60,342 nt of DNA from positions 1-60,342 of the forward strand of contig JBJXGL010000207.1 of the NCBI GenBank assembly GCA_046160365.1, in the 5' to 3' direction. Source of the DNA: Aestuariivirga sp. (GTDB lineage: Bacteria; Pseudomonadota; Alphaproteobacteria; Rhizobiales; Aestuariivirgaceae). The notes beneath the pieces are model-generated. The model made no database searches and was not told the origin of the DNA. It saw nothing but the letters and a program-made list of their open reading frames with translations. The translations under genes and the position numbers were made by a program. Positions 37,389 to 48,306 of this stretch are shown in pieces (position 1 is the stretch's first letter; each line of letters begins with the position of its first letter).

Positions 37389-38750
37389 ATGATTGGCTTC
37401 CCGCGACGCTTTCGGATCATTTCCCTTGTGTATTTGGCCGCACTGGTTTTCTCCGGCCCGGTTGACGCGCGGGAAGCATTTCCGGGTGCCGGAGGCCATG
37501 GCAAGGAAAGCCAGGGGGGCCGAGGCGGGGTGGTCATCTATGTCACGACCTTGGCGGACTCGGGCGGCGGCAGCCTGCGGGCCTGCGTGGAGGCCAAAGG
37601 CCCACGCAATTGCGTGTTCCGGGTGAGCGGCACCATCAGGCTGAAGACGCCGCTCGGAGTTCTCTCCGAGAACGGCCGGCTGTCGGTTCTGGGCCAGACG
37701 GCTCCGGGCGAAGGCATCACATTGACGATCGATCCGGCCAATCCTTCGCATATCAAGACGCCGCTTTACATCAGAGGCGCTGAAGACGTCGTGCTGCGCC
37801 ACATCAGGGTCAGGCTGCAGTATCCCAACAGCGTCGCCAATGCCGACGCGCTGACGATCGAGGATAGCCGCCGCGTTTACATCGATCACTTCTCCGGTTC
37901 ATGGGCAACCGACGAATTGGTGAGCACCCACAGCAATACGACCGCGCTGACGATTTCAAACTCGATTTTCGCCGAAGGCCTGCAGCCGCACAGCAAGTGC
38001 GCCCTGCTCGGCAGCGACCCGACCGCCCCGCAGACCATGACATTCTGGCGCAACGCCTGCATTTCCAACAACGACCGGAACCCGGATGTCAACCATTTCG
38101 CCGGCTCCTGCATCGAGATCGTCAATAACATCTTCTTCAACGCGGGCGCGGAATGGGCGGAAGTCTTCTCGCAATATCCCGGCGGGACGCCGGTGTCGAT
38201 CGTCGGAAATTACTTTAAAGCCGGAAAGAGCACGTCCGATTCGACCTTCGCGATCAACTGGCATCCGGCGGCGAGCGTCGCGCGGCCCAAAATTCATGAA
38301 ATGGGCAACTCGCGGTGGGCCCCAGATAACGCGACTCTGACCCTGACATCTCCGCACACCGCCGGAGTGCTGGTGCCCGAGCCGGCATGCCCGTCGACCG
38401 TACCCGTCACCTCGTCCGACGATGCTTACCGCAGTGTCAGGAAGCGCGCCGGCGCTTTTCCTCGCGATGCCATCGACCAGAAGCTGATCCGCAACATCGG
38501 CGATCGCGGCCAAGAAGGGCGGGGATCCATAAAGGAAAAGCCAGGCGAACTGCTTCCGGACCCACCACCCGGGCTTCCATATGCGGATGTCGACGGGGAC
38601 GGCATGGCCGATAGTATCGAGGCCATGTTTGGCGCAAACGCAGGCGAAGCCGACGCGTGGTCCGATCCCGACGGCGATGGGTGGTCCAGCTTCGACGGGT
38701 TTATGCAATGGTTGTCGGAACGGCGTTTGGCTGGCGGCTTTCCGGCTTGA
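37389..38750 (+). CDS. Secreted pectate-lyase-like (PL1-type) protein
   Basis: Signal peptide, AFPGAGGHG..GGRGG, DSGGGSLR, GQTAPG, IDHFSGSWATDE, DRNP; C-terminal DxDGDG repeats. Confidence 0.88.
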   Translation: MIGFPRRFRIISLVYLAALVFSGPVDAREAFPGAGGHGKESQGGRGGVVIYVTTLADSGGGSLRACVEAKGPRNCVFRVSGTIRLKTPLGVLSENGRLSVLGQTAPGEGITLTIDPANPSHIKTPLYIRGAEDVVLRHIRVRLQYPNSVANADALTIEDSRRVYIDHFSGSWATDELVSTHSNTTALTISNSIFAEGLQPHSKCALLGSDPTAPQTMTFWRNACISNNDRNPDVNHFAGSCIEIVNNIFFNAGAEWAEVFSQYPGGTPVSIVGNYFKAGKSTSDSTFAINWHPAASVARPKIHEMGNSRWAPDNATLTLTSPHTAGVLVPEPACPSTVPVTSSDDAYRSVRKRAGAFPRDAIDQKLIRNIGDRGQEGRGSIKEKPGELLPDPPPGLPYADVDGDGMADSIEAMFGANAGEADAWSDPDGDGWSSFDGFMQWLSERRLAGGFPA

Positions 38751-38766
38751 GCTCAGAGCGAAACAA

Positions 38767-39942
38767 TTGCAGACTGAACCGGCGGTTTCGCCGTCAGAGG
38801 AGATCGAAGCTATCAACATCCTGCATTCGATCACCGGCCTGAACATCGGCGGCGCCGAATATTTGCTGGCCCGTCTTCTGCCAAATCTCAAGAGAGCCGA
38901 GATAAGTTCGACCGTCCTTTCGCTCATGACGCCTGGCCCGCTCGCGGCAAGGGTCTCGGAGAACGTGGAGATCGTGAGTCTCGGCTTGCCGCAGGGCAAA
39001 TTGCCGCTGCTGAAATTGCCCGCCGTCCGCGCGGCGTTCCGGACGATAACGGCGGATATCGTTCATGGCTGGATGTATCACGGCAACATCGCGGCAAGCG
39101 CCGGCCGATTCATCGCGGCCAAGAAGGCCCCCGTCATCTGGAGCGTCCATCACTCGATTTACGACATCGCCACCGAAAAACCTCTGACACAGAAACTGAT
39201 CCGCCTGTCGGCCATGCTTTCGCGCCGCACCCGGGCGATTATCTATTGCTCGCGGGTGGCCGCCGATCAACACGAAGCGATCGGCTTCGAAGCGGGCCGC
39301 AGGGTCATCATCTACAACGGCGTCGACTGCGACGAATTCAAGCCGGACGCGGGAAGCAAGGAAAGGCTTTCAAACTTGCTCGGCCTGCCGGCGCGACGCC
39401 TCATTGTCGGCAGCATCGGCCGCTTTCATCCCATGAAAAGCCAGGCCGACCTTTTGCGCGCATGCGCCAGCCTCATTCGCGCCGGCCACGATATTCAGTG
39501 CCTGTTCGTGGGTCCCGGACACGAAGACAGCCCCTTGATCGGGTTGGCCAAAGAACTCGGCATTGCGGACCGGACAAGCACGCTGGGGCAGAACACCGAA
39601 ATTCCATCGATCATGCCGGGCCTGGACATTCACGCCATCTCCTCGGCCTGGGGAGAAGCCTATTCGCTGGCCACGGCGGAGGCCATGGCATGCGGCGTTC
39701 CCACGGTCGTCACCGATGTCGGCGACTGCGCCTGGGTCGTGGGAAACACGGGATTGGTCGTGCCGCGCCAGGATCCCGAGGCACTTGCTGGCGCGCTGCA
39801 AAAGCTGATCGAAGCAGGATCCGATGGCCGCCGCAACATCGGCAGGTCGGCGCGGCAGCGCGTCTCCGACAAATTCTCGATGACCGAATATGCACGCAAT
39901 CACACCGAGCTCTACGGAGGCATATTGCAGGCGGATAAGTAG
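38767..39942 (+). CDS. GT4 glycosyltransferase (WbnK-like)
   Basis: ITGLNIGGAE, HGWMYHGN, GRFHPMK, EAMACG motifs; start uncertain (TTG at 38767). Confidence 0.9.
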   Translation: MQTEPAVSPSEEIEAINILHSITGLNIGGAEYLLARLLPNLKRAEISSTVLSLMTPGPLAARVSENVEIVSLGLPQGKLPLLKLPAVRAAFRTITADIVHGWMYHGNIAASAGRFIAAKKAPVIWSVHHSIYDIATEKPLTQKLIRLSAMLSRRTRAIIYCSRVAADQHEAIGFEAGRRVIIYNGVDCDEFKPDAGSKERLSNLLGLPARRLIVGSIGRFHPMKSQADLLRACASLIRAGHDIQCLFVGPGHEDSPLIGLAKELGIADRTSTLGQNTEIPSIMPGLDIHAISSAWGEAYSLATAEAMACGVPTVVTDVGDCAWVVGNTGLVVPRQDPEALAGALQKLIEAGSDGRRNIGRSARQRVSDKFSMTEYARNHTELYGGILQADK

Positions 39943-39963
39943 CGGCTCGGGGCAGCCGCCCCG

Positions 39964-40974
39964 TCAGTTCGATGGCTTGCCAGCTTCGTACTCCTCAAGC
40001 CAGGCGCACAGCTTCTGCAGCCCAGTTTCGAACGGCGTCAACGGGGCGTAGCCGGTCAACTTGAGCAGGCGCGCGGTCGAGGCATAGGTATCGATCACGT
40101 CGCCTGCCGCGCGCTCCGCGTATTTGATAATGGCTTCGCGGCCGAGCACTTTTTCCAGGATGCGGATGAAATCGCCGATATCGACCGGATTGCCCGATCC
40201 GACATTGATGACCCGGTGCGGCGCCACCGGGCTGATCCCTTCGCCTCCGCCGGAGTTTCGATCGGGGACCACGTCCATCATGCGCACCACCGCCTCGGCA
40301 GCGTCGCCGACATAGGTGAAGTCCCGGGACATCTTGCCATGATTGAAAACCGTGATCTGCTTTCCGGCACGGACGGAAGACGCGAACATGTAGGGCGCCA
40401 TGTCGGGCCGGCCCCACTCGCCATAGACGGTGAAGAACCGGATGCCCGTCATCGGCACGCCGGTGATGTGGCTGTAGCTGTGCGCCATCAACTCGTTGGC
40501 CTTCTTCGTGGCCGCGTACAGCGAAACCGGAACCTCCGTCGCGTGATCTTCCGACCACGGCTTCTCCGTGTTCGCTCCGTAAACCGAGCTCGACGACGCG
40601 TAGAGCAAGTGCCGCGGAGGCATCCGCCTGCACATGTCGAGCACGTTGGTAAATCCGACAATATTCGAGTCCACATACTGATGCGGCTCGCTCAATCCCT
40701 GGCGAACGCCGGGCTGGGCCGCGAGATTGATGACGATCTCCGGCTTGAACGACGAATAATATTCGGCGAAGCCGTCGGCGTCGCAGAGATCGACGCGGTC
40801 CGTGCTCAGGCCGTGGCTCTTCTTCAACGCATCGCATCGGTCCTGCTTCAGGCGGACGTCATAGTACGCGGTGAAACTGTCGCAGCCGCGGACTTGATGG
40901 CCGCTTTCGATCAGGCGTATGGCAAGGTGATAGCCGATCATTCCGGCCACGCCAGTCAGCAGTACTCGCGCCAA
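39964..40974 (-). CDS. UDP-glucuronate 4-epimerase (LpsL-like SDR)
   Basis: TGVAGMIG, NLAAQPGVR, YAATKKANE, RFFTVYGEWGRPDMA; TTG start with GGAGG RBS. Confidence 0.92.
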   Translation of the reverse strand: MARVLLTGVAGMIGYHLAIRLIESGHQVRGCDSFTAYYDVRLKQDRCDALKKSHGLSTDRVDLCDADGFAEYYSSFKPEIVINLAAQPGVRQGLSEPHQYVDSNIVGFTNVLDMCRRMPPRHLLYASSSSVYGANTEKPWSEDHATEVPVSLYAATKKANELMAHSYSHITGVPMTGIRFFTVYGEWGRPDMAPYMFASSVRAGKQITVFNHGKMSRDFTYVGDAAEAVVRMMDVVPDRNSGGGEGISPVAPHRVINVGSGNPVDIGDFIRILEKVLGREAIIKYAERAAGDVIDTYASTARLLKLTGYAPLTPFETGLQKLCAWLEEYEAGKPSN

Positions 40975-41230
40975 ACATTCCTCCCCATCGCCAACCGCGC
41001 CGTTAACCGTCTGGCGAAATGCCCAGCGCCAAACCGCCTTGACGTGTTATCTCGCATATCGCAAAAAATCGCGCAAAATAATAATGAGATTGCGAGTAAG
41101 TTAAGGCGGCGAGAAAACCCGGGAATGACGCTTTGCCGATAAGCTGCCGGAGCGAGGAGCCCGGTTGCGCCGCGTCAGGCGGCGCTTCGGGCCGAGCAGG
41201 TTGTAGGCGGATAGGGGAAGGGTAGTCGGC

Positions 41231-42544
41231 ATGCGTATTGCGATGATTGGCGCGGGTTACGTGGGTTTGGTGTCCGGCGGATGCTTGGCCGATTTCGGCC
41301 ACAACGTGACGTGCGTGGACTACGTGCGCGAGAAAATAGACGCGCTCAAACAAGGAAAGATTCCGATCTACGAGCCGGGCCTCGAAGAACTCGTCGCCCA
41401 CAACGCGAAGTCCGGCCGCCTTTCGTTTTCCACCGACTTGCGGCAGGCCGTCGCGGAAGCGGACGTGGTGTTCATCGCCGTCGGCACGCCGTCGCGGCGC
41501 GGCGACGGCCACGCCGACCTCACCTATGTTTTCAACGCGGCGCGCGAGATCGCCGCCAGCATTCGCGGCTACACAGTTGTCGCCATCAAATCGACAGCTC
41601 CGGTCGGAACGGGCGACGAGGTGGCGCGCATCATCGCCGAGGCGGCTCCGGACGCCGAATTCTCCGTCGTGTCGAACCCCGAATTCCTGCGCGAGGGCGC
41701 GGCGATCAACGACTTCAAGCATCCCGACCGGATCGTCATCGGCGTGAACGACGACGAAAAAGCCAGGGAGGTCATGGCCCAGGTCTATCGCCCTCTGTAT
41801 TTGAACCAGGCGCCCCTGTTGTTCACCTCGCGCCGCACGTCGGAATTGATCAAGTACGCGGCGAACGGGTTCCTCGCCATGAAGATCACCTTCATCAACG
41901 AGATCGCCGATCTGTGCGAGCGCGTCGGAGCCGACGTTCAACAGGTTGCCAGGGGCATCGGGCTCGACAACCGTATCGGGAGTAAATTCTTGCATGCGGG
42001 TCCCGGCTACGGAGGTTCGTGTTTTCCGAAGGACACCCTCGCCCTGGCCAAGACCGGCCAGGACAACGACAGCCCCCTGCGCCTGATTGAGACGACGATC
42101 GCCATCAACGATCACCGCAAGCGGGCCATGGGGCGAAAAGTCGTCCGGGCCCTCAATGGCGACGTGCGCGGAAAAACGATCGCGGTCCTCGGCCTGACCT
42201 TCAAGCCCAACACCGACGATATGCGCGATGCCCCCTCCCTCGATATCATTCAGGCGCTCCAGGACGGGGGCGCCAAGATCAGGGCCTACGATCCTGAGGG
42301 CATGACAGCAGCCAAAACCATGCTGTCCAATGTGGAGTTCGGAAGCGACTCCTATAGCGTCTGCGACGGCGCCGACGCCCTGGTTATTGTCACCGAATGG
42401 GAAGAGTTCCGCGCCCTTGACCTGAAGAAGATCAAGGCAATACTGAGAACGCCGGTTATTGTGGACATGCGCAACATTTACCTGCCGTCAGACGTCACGT
42501 CGAATGGTCTGCAATACTCCGGCATCGGCAGACCCGCAGTCTAG
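41231..42544 (+). CDS. ugd: UDP-glucose 6-dehydrogenase (RkpK-like)
   Basis: GAGYVGL, NPEFLREG, GYGGSCFPKD, FKPNTDDMR motifs. Confidence 0.96.
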   Translation: MRIAMIGAGYVGLVSGGCLADFGHNVTCVDYVREKIDALKQGKIPIYEPGLEELVAHNAKSGRLSFSTDLRQAVAEADVVFIAVGTPSRRGDGHADLTYVFNAAREIAASIRGYTVVAIKSTAPVGTGDEVARIIAEAAPDAEFSVVSNPEFLREGAAINDFKHPDRIVIGVNDDEKAREVMAQVYRPLYLNQAPLLFTSRRTSELIKYAANGFLAMKITFINEIADLCERVGADVQQVARGIGLDNRIGSKFLHAGPGYGGSCFPKDTLALAKTGQDNDSPLRLIETTIAINDHRKRAMGRKVVRALNGDVRGKTIAVLGLTFKPNTDDMRDAPSLDIIQALQDGGAKIRAYDPEGMTAAKTMLSNVEFGSDSYSVCDGADALVIVTEWEEFRALDLKKIKAILRTPVIVDMRNIYLPSDVTSNGLQYSGIGRPAV

Positions 42545-43520
42545 CCGCCGGAATAGCCAGGGCACCGAATCCCGGTTAACACGGCAGGGTTCCGAGAATA
42601 GCTGAGAGGTGTTTTGTGTCCCACCCGGCGCGTTTTCGCCGATTTTTGAGGGATCGTTTGTCAACGAGCGCCCTGACGAGATTGAAGGCGAAGTGGCGGA
42701 CGATGGCCATGTTGACGGCGCCGTGGCCCTTGCGGTTGCGGCGCAGGTCGTCGTGGAAGACGGCATCGAGGGTCCAGTGCAGGCTGTTCTCGATGGCCCA
42801 GTGGCCGCGCACGGCATGGGCTGCGTCTTGGGCGGTGAGAGGGCGCGAGGAGATATAGTAGCGGGCATCGGTGCGGCAGTGGTCCTTGAGATGGATGCGG
42901 GCTTTGACGCGGAGCACGCAGGCCACCTCCGGCAGGCGGAACTCGCCGGGGAAATGGCGTGATCCTTTGAGCCATTGGGTCTCGGCCGAGACGGTCACGG
43001 TGCGCTCTTCGATGCGGCCATGACCCTTGTCCACTTCATGGTGGTTTGCCAGCCCGCCTTGCGGCGCATCGGCGAAATAGTCTTCGATCTCTTGCCGGAT
43101 GGTTGCCTGGTTGGCCTTGACCGCGAGGAGATAATCAGCACCGGTATCGAGGATGGCCTGAGCGATGGCGGGGTTGGTTGCGATGGCGTCGATGGAGACG
43201 AGCGCGCCCTTGAGGCCGTCATCGGCGGCAAGCCGCTTGAGCAACACAGGGATGGCGCTGGTCTCGCCGCTCTTTTCTGGCGCCGGCTCTTGGCCGAGCA
43301 CCAGCCGCGAGGTGGTGGCGAAGGCCGAAACCAGGTGCAAGGCCTTGGCGCCCCCGGCATGATCATGGCTGCGCCTGGAGGTCTTGCCGTCAATGGCGAT
43401 GAGATCGGGCCGCTCCGGCCAGGTTTGTCTGACCCAGGCGGTGAAGGCTTCCCGGAACAGGGCCGGGCCGGTGCGGTTGATCATGATGTTGAGCCAGCGC
43501 CCGCACGGCACGCCATGATA

Positions 43521-44684
43521 ATACCAGCCTTCATTGAGATTGACCGATGATGGCCCATTGGCGCGTGGCGATGGAGGCGATGCGGCCGGTTTCGCCCAAG
43601 AGCCTTCGCCATGCGTCCTGGCAGGCGTCGAGGATGGCGGCGTAGTTTTCGAAGACGCGGTTCGAGAGATAGGTCTGGCGGAGATACTGCCAGATATTCT
43701 CTTGGGGATTGAGTTCTGGCGAGGCGGGGGGCAACGGCACGAGGGTGAGATTGCCGGGGATCCTGAGCTTGGCCGTGGTGTGCCATCCGGCCTGATCGAG
43801 GATGACGAGGCCATGGGCTCCTTCGGCCACCTCGCGGGCGATCTCGTCGAGATGCTTCTGCATGGCCTCGGTATCGGCGCGCGGCATGATGAGGGCGGCG
43901 CCAACGCCGCGCTGCGGGCAGACCGCGCCGAAGAGATAGGCGTTCTCGTAGCGCTGGTCCTTGGGCTGGCGCGGGCGGGTGCCTTTCTTGGCCCATTGAT
44001 AGACCAGGCTGTTCTTCTGGCCCACCCGCATCTCGTCCTGGAACCACACTTCCACGGCGGTGCCCGGCGCGAGCCCGCCTATGATCGCGCCAGCCAGGCT
44101 GGCGAAGTTTTTTTTAAAGCCGTGATCGTCTCCGGGGCCTGGGCCGGGTGCTGGGGCCTGGCGCTGATGTGGGAAAACCCCAGCCGCTTGAGCGCCCGTC
44201 CCAGGCTCACTTCCGACAAGTCCGCATGGAACCGCTGGCTCAACACCCGCTTCAGGTCCACGCAGCGCCAGCGCGCCACCCCGTCGCTCTCAGGAACAGG
44301 CCCGGCCTCTACCAGCCGTTTGAGCTCCGCCTCCTGTTCGGCCGAGAGCTTGCGCCGCCGCCCCGGAGGCTTGATGTCGATCAGGCCGTCAGCCCCCAGC
44401 CTGTTGAAACGATGGGCCCAGTCCCGCAGCGTCTGGCGGTCCATCCCGCCGATGCGGGCCGCATCAGCCCGCAGCATGCCATCGAGGACCGCCGCCAATG
44501 CCAATAGCCGCCGCGCCTGATTGGCGTCCGTGGCCTTCGAAGCCAGCCCGCGCAGCCCCGCCGCCGTGCAATCCTCCCGCAAAACAACCGCAGCGCCCAT
44601 CGCAAACCTCCGAATCAAATTGCTCGGAGAGTTGAATCACAGGCGCGATGGCGCGAGAAGAGTCAACGCTTTCGAAGGCTGGTA
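43521..44684 (-). mobile_element. IS630-family element nested in ISAs1
   Basis: IRs ATACCAGCCTTC / GAAGGCTGGTA(T); TA duplicated at 43519-43520 and 44685-44686 (exact ends ambiguous by a few bp). Confidence 0.93.
43531..44600 (-). CDS. IS630 transposase, orfA/orfB joined by a programmed -1 frameshift
   Basis: HTH orfA ends at an A8 run (44108-44115); the -1 frame continues into WFQDE...LDQAGWH...SPELNPQE. Confidence 0.9.
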
Positions 44685-45260
44685 TAATAGGGCATGAAGC
44701 GGCGCAAGAAATCCAGATGCGCCTCGCCCCAGTCGGCAATCAGGTCGAAGTCATCGCAATCGCAGATCGAGCCACAGACCACCAGGAACATGATCTCGCG
44801 CAAGGGATGGGCGACATAGCGCGGATCGCGCGGATCGGGGATCGCACCGAAATGTTCGAGAAGGCAGGCAAGACGTGACTTGGATGGCGGTTCAACGGCG
44901 ATCTCAACCATGACAGGGCTCCGAATCAGGAGCCCCCACGGAATCACATCAACTGCAACACTCAAAACTCGTTAACCGGAGTTCGGTGCCCTGCCGGAAT
45001 AGCAATAAATGTTGACGGCAACGTCAACTTGAGTCATCAGTCGCGTACCGTCAGCGTTCCGATTCCACTGTGCGAGGTAAAAAATGGGGCGCGGGACGGT
45101 CGAGCCGTTTAACCAGGAACTGCGCTAAACTTGGGCGTTTGCTGCCCGATTCGAGTGCAACCTGCCGAGTTGTTGGACGACTCGTTAACGATTTGCTAAC
45201 AGGCAGATTGTAAGGCTGTATCCGCTGTTACGTTGCGGCTTCGGCCTTCGCGAGGGGGAA

Positions 45261-45533
45261 GTGACTATGGACGACGGGCATTTTGGGCATGCCTTGAAAG
45301 GCGTGTACTACATTGCAGCGAGACTATACATGGTTTCCGCCGTGGCCGCCGTTGTGTCGTTGTTGGGCCTGGCGCTTGGATTTGTCGGCATCACGGGTTT
45401 CGTGCACCAAAGTCTCGGGGCCATGATCGTGGCGGGTTCCATTTGGTTCGTAGCCCTCGCGGCGAAAGTCACTAATCTCGAAACTTCCGCCACGTCCATG
45501 GCTCCGGCCGCGCTTACACCCCCAAGCGAGTAG
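45261..45533 (+). CDS. Small membrane protein, two TM segments
   Basis: 90-aa hydrophobic ORF preceded by GAGGGGG RBS. Confidence 0.6.
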   Translation: MTMDDGHFGHALKGVYYIAARLYMVSAVAAVVSLLGLALGFVGITGFVHQSLGAMIVAGSIWFVALAAKVTNLETSATSMAPAALTPPSE

Positions 45534-45729
45534 CGATTATCCCACGGCGCGGAGGATTGGGCCGGGTCCGGCGAAACCGCGCGAGCATTAACTAAAATTT
45601 TAGATTTGTAGGTGCAACGGCGCGGCGCTTGGCGCAGAATTGCGGCGCTCCAGCCATTGGCGCTTGAGACGGCGTCAAAGATCTTGGCCGGGAGCAACGG
45701 CGGTTCAAACTACGCGTCTGGGTGTGTGA

Positions 45730-47316
45730 ATGCGAATCCTCGCCAAACCTCTCACTGTGCCGGCACTTTGTCTTGTCCTGCTCCTGGCGCTCATTTTCTC
45801 GAGAATCATGGGCTTTGAAATGCGCCGGGACGAGCAGCTCTACGCGACACCCGCCGCGTTGCTCGAGAACTTCAGGCTGTACAAGGACATATTCTACAAT
45901 CACACACCCGGATCCGCCTGGTACTTCCATGGCATCATGGCCGGACTCGAAACCGACAAGCTTTTGCTGGCCGGCCGCCTCGGGGTCTTTTTCGGCTGGG
46001 TGGCGTTCGGCGCTGCCCTTTTGGGAATAACCTACAGATTGACCGAGTCATCGGCGATGTCTCTGTTCGCCATGACCGCGATCTTAGCCAATGGAGCCCT
46101 TCTGAATCAAACCGGAATGACGGCGACCAACAACCTGCTGGTCCTTTCCGCCGCCTATATCGGGCTTGGATTCTTCCTGATGGGAACGACCAAAAGCGGA
46201 GCGAAGCCGCTCTGGGTGTTTCTGGGCGGACTGTTTTTGGCGACGGCAGCAGCCATCAAAGCAAGTGCGTTCGTCTTTATTCCCCTGGTGGCACTGGCCG
46301 CCCTGCTCATTCCGCAACATGTTCCCTTCGCACAAAGAGTGACAAAAGTGACGGTACCGCTTGCCCTTGGCGGATTGCTCGGCGCGGCGCCGGTGCTGGC
46401 GTATTTCGCGGCCGATCCAGGTCGGTTCCTGGCGCATGTGATCGGCTTCCATACCGGACCCCACGTGGCCTATTGGGCGGCGCAAACGGTGGACGGCGAA
46501 GACATCGTGGCGATGTCAGCGGGCGCCAAGGGTCAGATGGCCTACTCCATCTGGTTCAACGGCGCCAACCTGTTGCTGATGTTCGTCACCGTCTTGATGT
46601 TGACCGTGCTGATTTGGTTGGACTCCTGGAAGCGAACCTTCCTGCGGCTGATCGGTGGCCAGTTCGGCCTCATGGTAAGTTGCATCGCGGCGGCGGCCGC
46701 CATGAGTCTGGTGCCGACGCCCGGCTTCCCGCAGTACTACACGCTCCCGCTTGTCTGCATTCCGCTTCTGATCGCATTGCTCTACGCCGATCTCGGCGAG
46801 GAAGAACAACTCAATTCGAATCCTGCCCTCATCGCCGCCTCGGCCGTCATACTGATTGTTGCCGCTCCGCAGCTCGGCCAAAGCCTGCCGCATCTTGTTT
46901 CCACCAAATCATGGACCAGCGAGAAGTCCCATCGCGCCGGAATGGCGATAGCACGGGAAATTGCCGCGGCGGGCGTCACCGGCAAGGTAGCCACCTTGTT
47001 GCCGATCTACCCGATCGAAGGCGGTCTCGAGGTTTACCCAGAACTTGCAACCGGACAGTTTGCATACCGCACCGCCGAGTACGCGGATCCCGCGCTACGC
47101 CGCTTCTACCGCACGACATCGCCAGCGGAAATCGCCCAACTATTCGCTGGCGACCGGCCGGCCGCCATCCTTGTCGGATTCGAAGCAAAGCTCGAGGAAC
47201 CATTGGTGAAGTTCGCCGAGGCGAATGGCTACAGGAAGGTCGACTCGCTGGACATCAGTGATCGCTATGGAACCGCGGTGCTCTACATTCGCCCCGCCGC
47301 CGCAATCGGGAATTGA
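45730..47316 (+). CDS. GT-C fold integral membrane glycosyltransferase (ArnT/GtrC-like)
   Basis: TM1 followed by RRDEQLY acidic motif, LYKDIFYNHTP, many TMs and a soluble C-terminal domain; same module as GtrA/GtrB. Confidence 0.75.
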   Translation: MRILAKPLTVPALCLVLLLALIFSRIMGFEMRRDEQLYATPAALLENFRLYKDIFYNHTPGSAWYFHGIMAGLETDKLLLAGRLGVFFGWVAFGAALLGITYRLTESSAMSLFAMTAILANGALLNQTGMTATNNLLVLSAAYIGLGFFLMGTTKSGAKPLWVFLGGLFLATAAAIKASAFVFIPLVALAALLIPQHVPFAQRVTKVTVPLALGGLLGAAPVLAYFAADPGRFLAHVIGFHTGPHVAYWAAQTVDGEDIVAMSAGAKGQMAYSIWFNGANLLLMFVTVLMLTVLIWLDSWKRTFLRLIGGQFGLMVSCIAAAAAMSLVPTPGFPQYYTLPLVCIPLLIALLYADLGEEEQLNSNPALIAASAVILIVAAPQLGQSLPHLVSTKSWTSEKSHRAGMAIAREIAAAGVTGKVATLLPIYPIEGGLEVYPELATGQFAYRTAEYADPALRRFYRTTSPAEIAQLFAGDRPAAILVGFEAKLEEPLVKFAEANGYRKVDSLDISDRYGTAVLYIRPAAAIGN

Positions 47317-47477
47317 CGCACCCGCGTCATGCGCGGGCGACGCCAGCAGATTAAGGCTAAATGCGATTATTCGCATTCTATTCGACTTGGAACTGTGCGT
47401 TGGATGGTGACAGTGATAGAAATCACAAAAATGGCATTCAAGATAAAGTACGGTGTCGGCGACACGGGAGAATTTAG

Positions 47478-48272
47478 ATGCAGGTAGTGCTGCTTGCCGG
47501 CGGTCTGGGCTCGCGCTTGGCCGAGGAAACTGTTCGCATACCCAAACCAATGGTGGAAGTCGGCGGACGGCCGATCATGCTGCATGTCATGGACATCTAC
47601 AGCCACTGGGGCCATCGCGAATTCGTTGTCGCAAGCGGCTACAAATCGGTGCTGATCAAGAAGTACTTCCACGACTATCAGCTGATGATCAACGACATCA
47701 CTGTGTCGCTTGGCGATGGCAAGATCGGCATGAAGGCGGCGCGCAAATTGGACTGGACGGTTTCGGTGGTCGACACCGGCGCCGACACAATGACCGGCGG
47801 ACGTTTGCTTCGCCTCAAGAGCTGGCTGCGCAACGAGACGTTCATGACTACATATTCGGACGGTGTCGGCAACATCGACATCGATGCGCTGATCAAGTTC
47901 CACCGCTCGCACGGCAAGCTGGCAACGGTGACCGCGGTTCAGCCCCCCGCTCGTTTCGGCAATCTCGAACTCGACGGAGGCCGCGTCGTGGAGTTCACCG
48001 AGAAGGTGCGCAGGCACGAGACCTGGATCAACGGCGGGTACTTCGTATTCGAGCCGGGAGTCATGGACTACCTGCCCGGCGACAGCGAACCCCTCGAAAT
48101 GTCTCCCCTAGCTAACTTGGCGCGTGATGGGCAGCTTTTTGCCTACAAGCACGATGGTTTCTGGCATCCGATGGACACCATCCGCGACCGCGAACACCTT
48201 GAGAGCCTGAATTCGTCACCGAAAATTCCATGGCTCGACTTTCCAGCGAGCGGGCAGCGGGAAAAGAGTTGA
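47478..48272 (+). CDS. rfbF: Glucose-1-phosphate cytidylyltransferase
   Basis: LAGGLGSRLAEET..PKPMVE, DTMTGGRL, TYSDG, WINGGYF, GFWHPMDT motifs. Confidence 0.93.
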   Translation: MQVVLLAGGLGSRLAEETVRIPKPMVEVGGRPIMLHVMDIYSHWGHREFVVASGYKSVLIKKYFHDYQLMINDITVSLGDGKIGMKAARKLDWTVSVVDTGADTMTGGRLLRLKSWLRNETFMTTYSDGVGNIDIDALIKFHRSHGKLATVTAVQPPARFGNLELDGGRVVEFTEKVRRHETWINGGYFVFEPGVMDYLPGDSEPLEMSPLANLARDGQLFAYKHDGFWHPMDTIRDREHLESLNSSPKIPWLDFPASGQREKS

Positions 48273-48306
48273 TTGCAATGCCGCAAAGCGTGAAGAGGAT
48301 GCGCGA

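Larger units (their letters stand above)
42576..44911 (-). pseudogene. ISAs1 transposase split in two (44685-44911 and 42576-43520)
   Basis: N-part IPDPRD...FMPY and C-part YHGVP...IAIDGKT...HWAIENSLHWTLD rejoin in frame when the IS630 is removed. Confidence 0.93.
42558..44993 (-). mobile_element. ISAs1-family element interrupted by an IS630
   Basis: 23-bp IRs CAGGGCACCGAA..CCGGTTAAC (21/23); 10-bp target duplication CCGGAATAGC at 42548-42557 and 44994-45003. Confidence 0.95.

Noticed and set aside
42576-43904. 442-aa ORF as an intact transposase
   Set aside because: Chimera of off-frame IS630 sequence and the ISAs1 3' half
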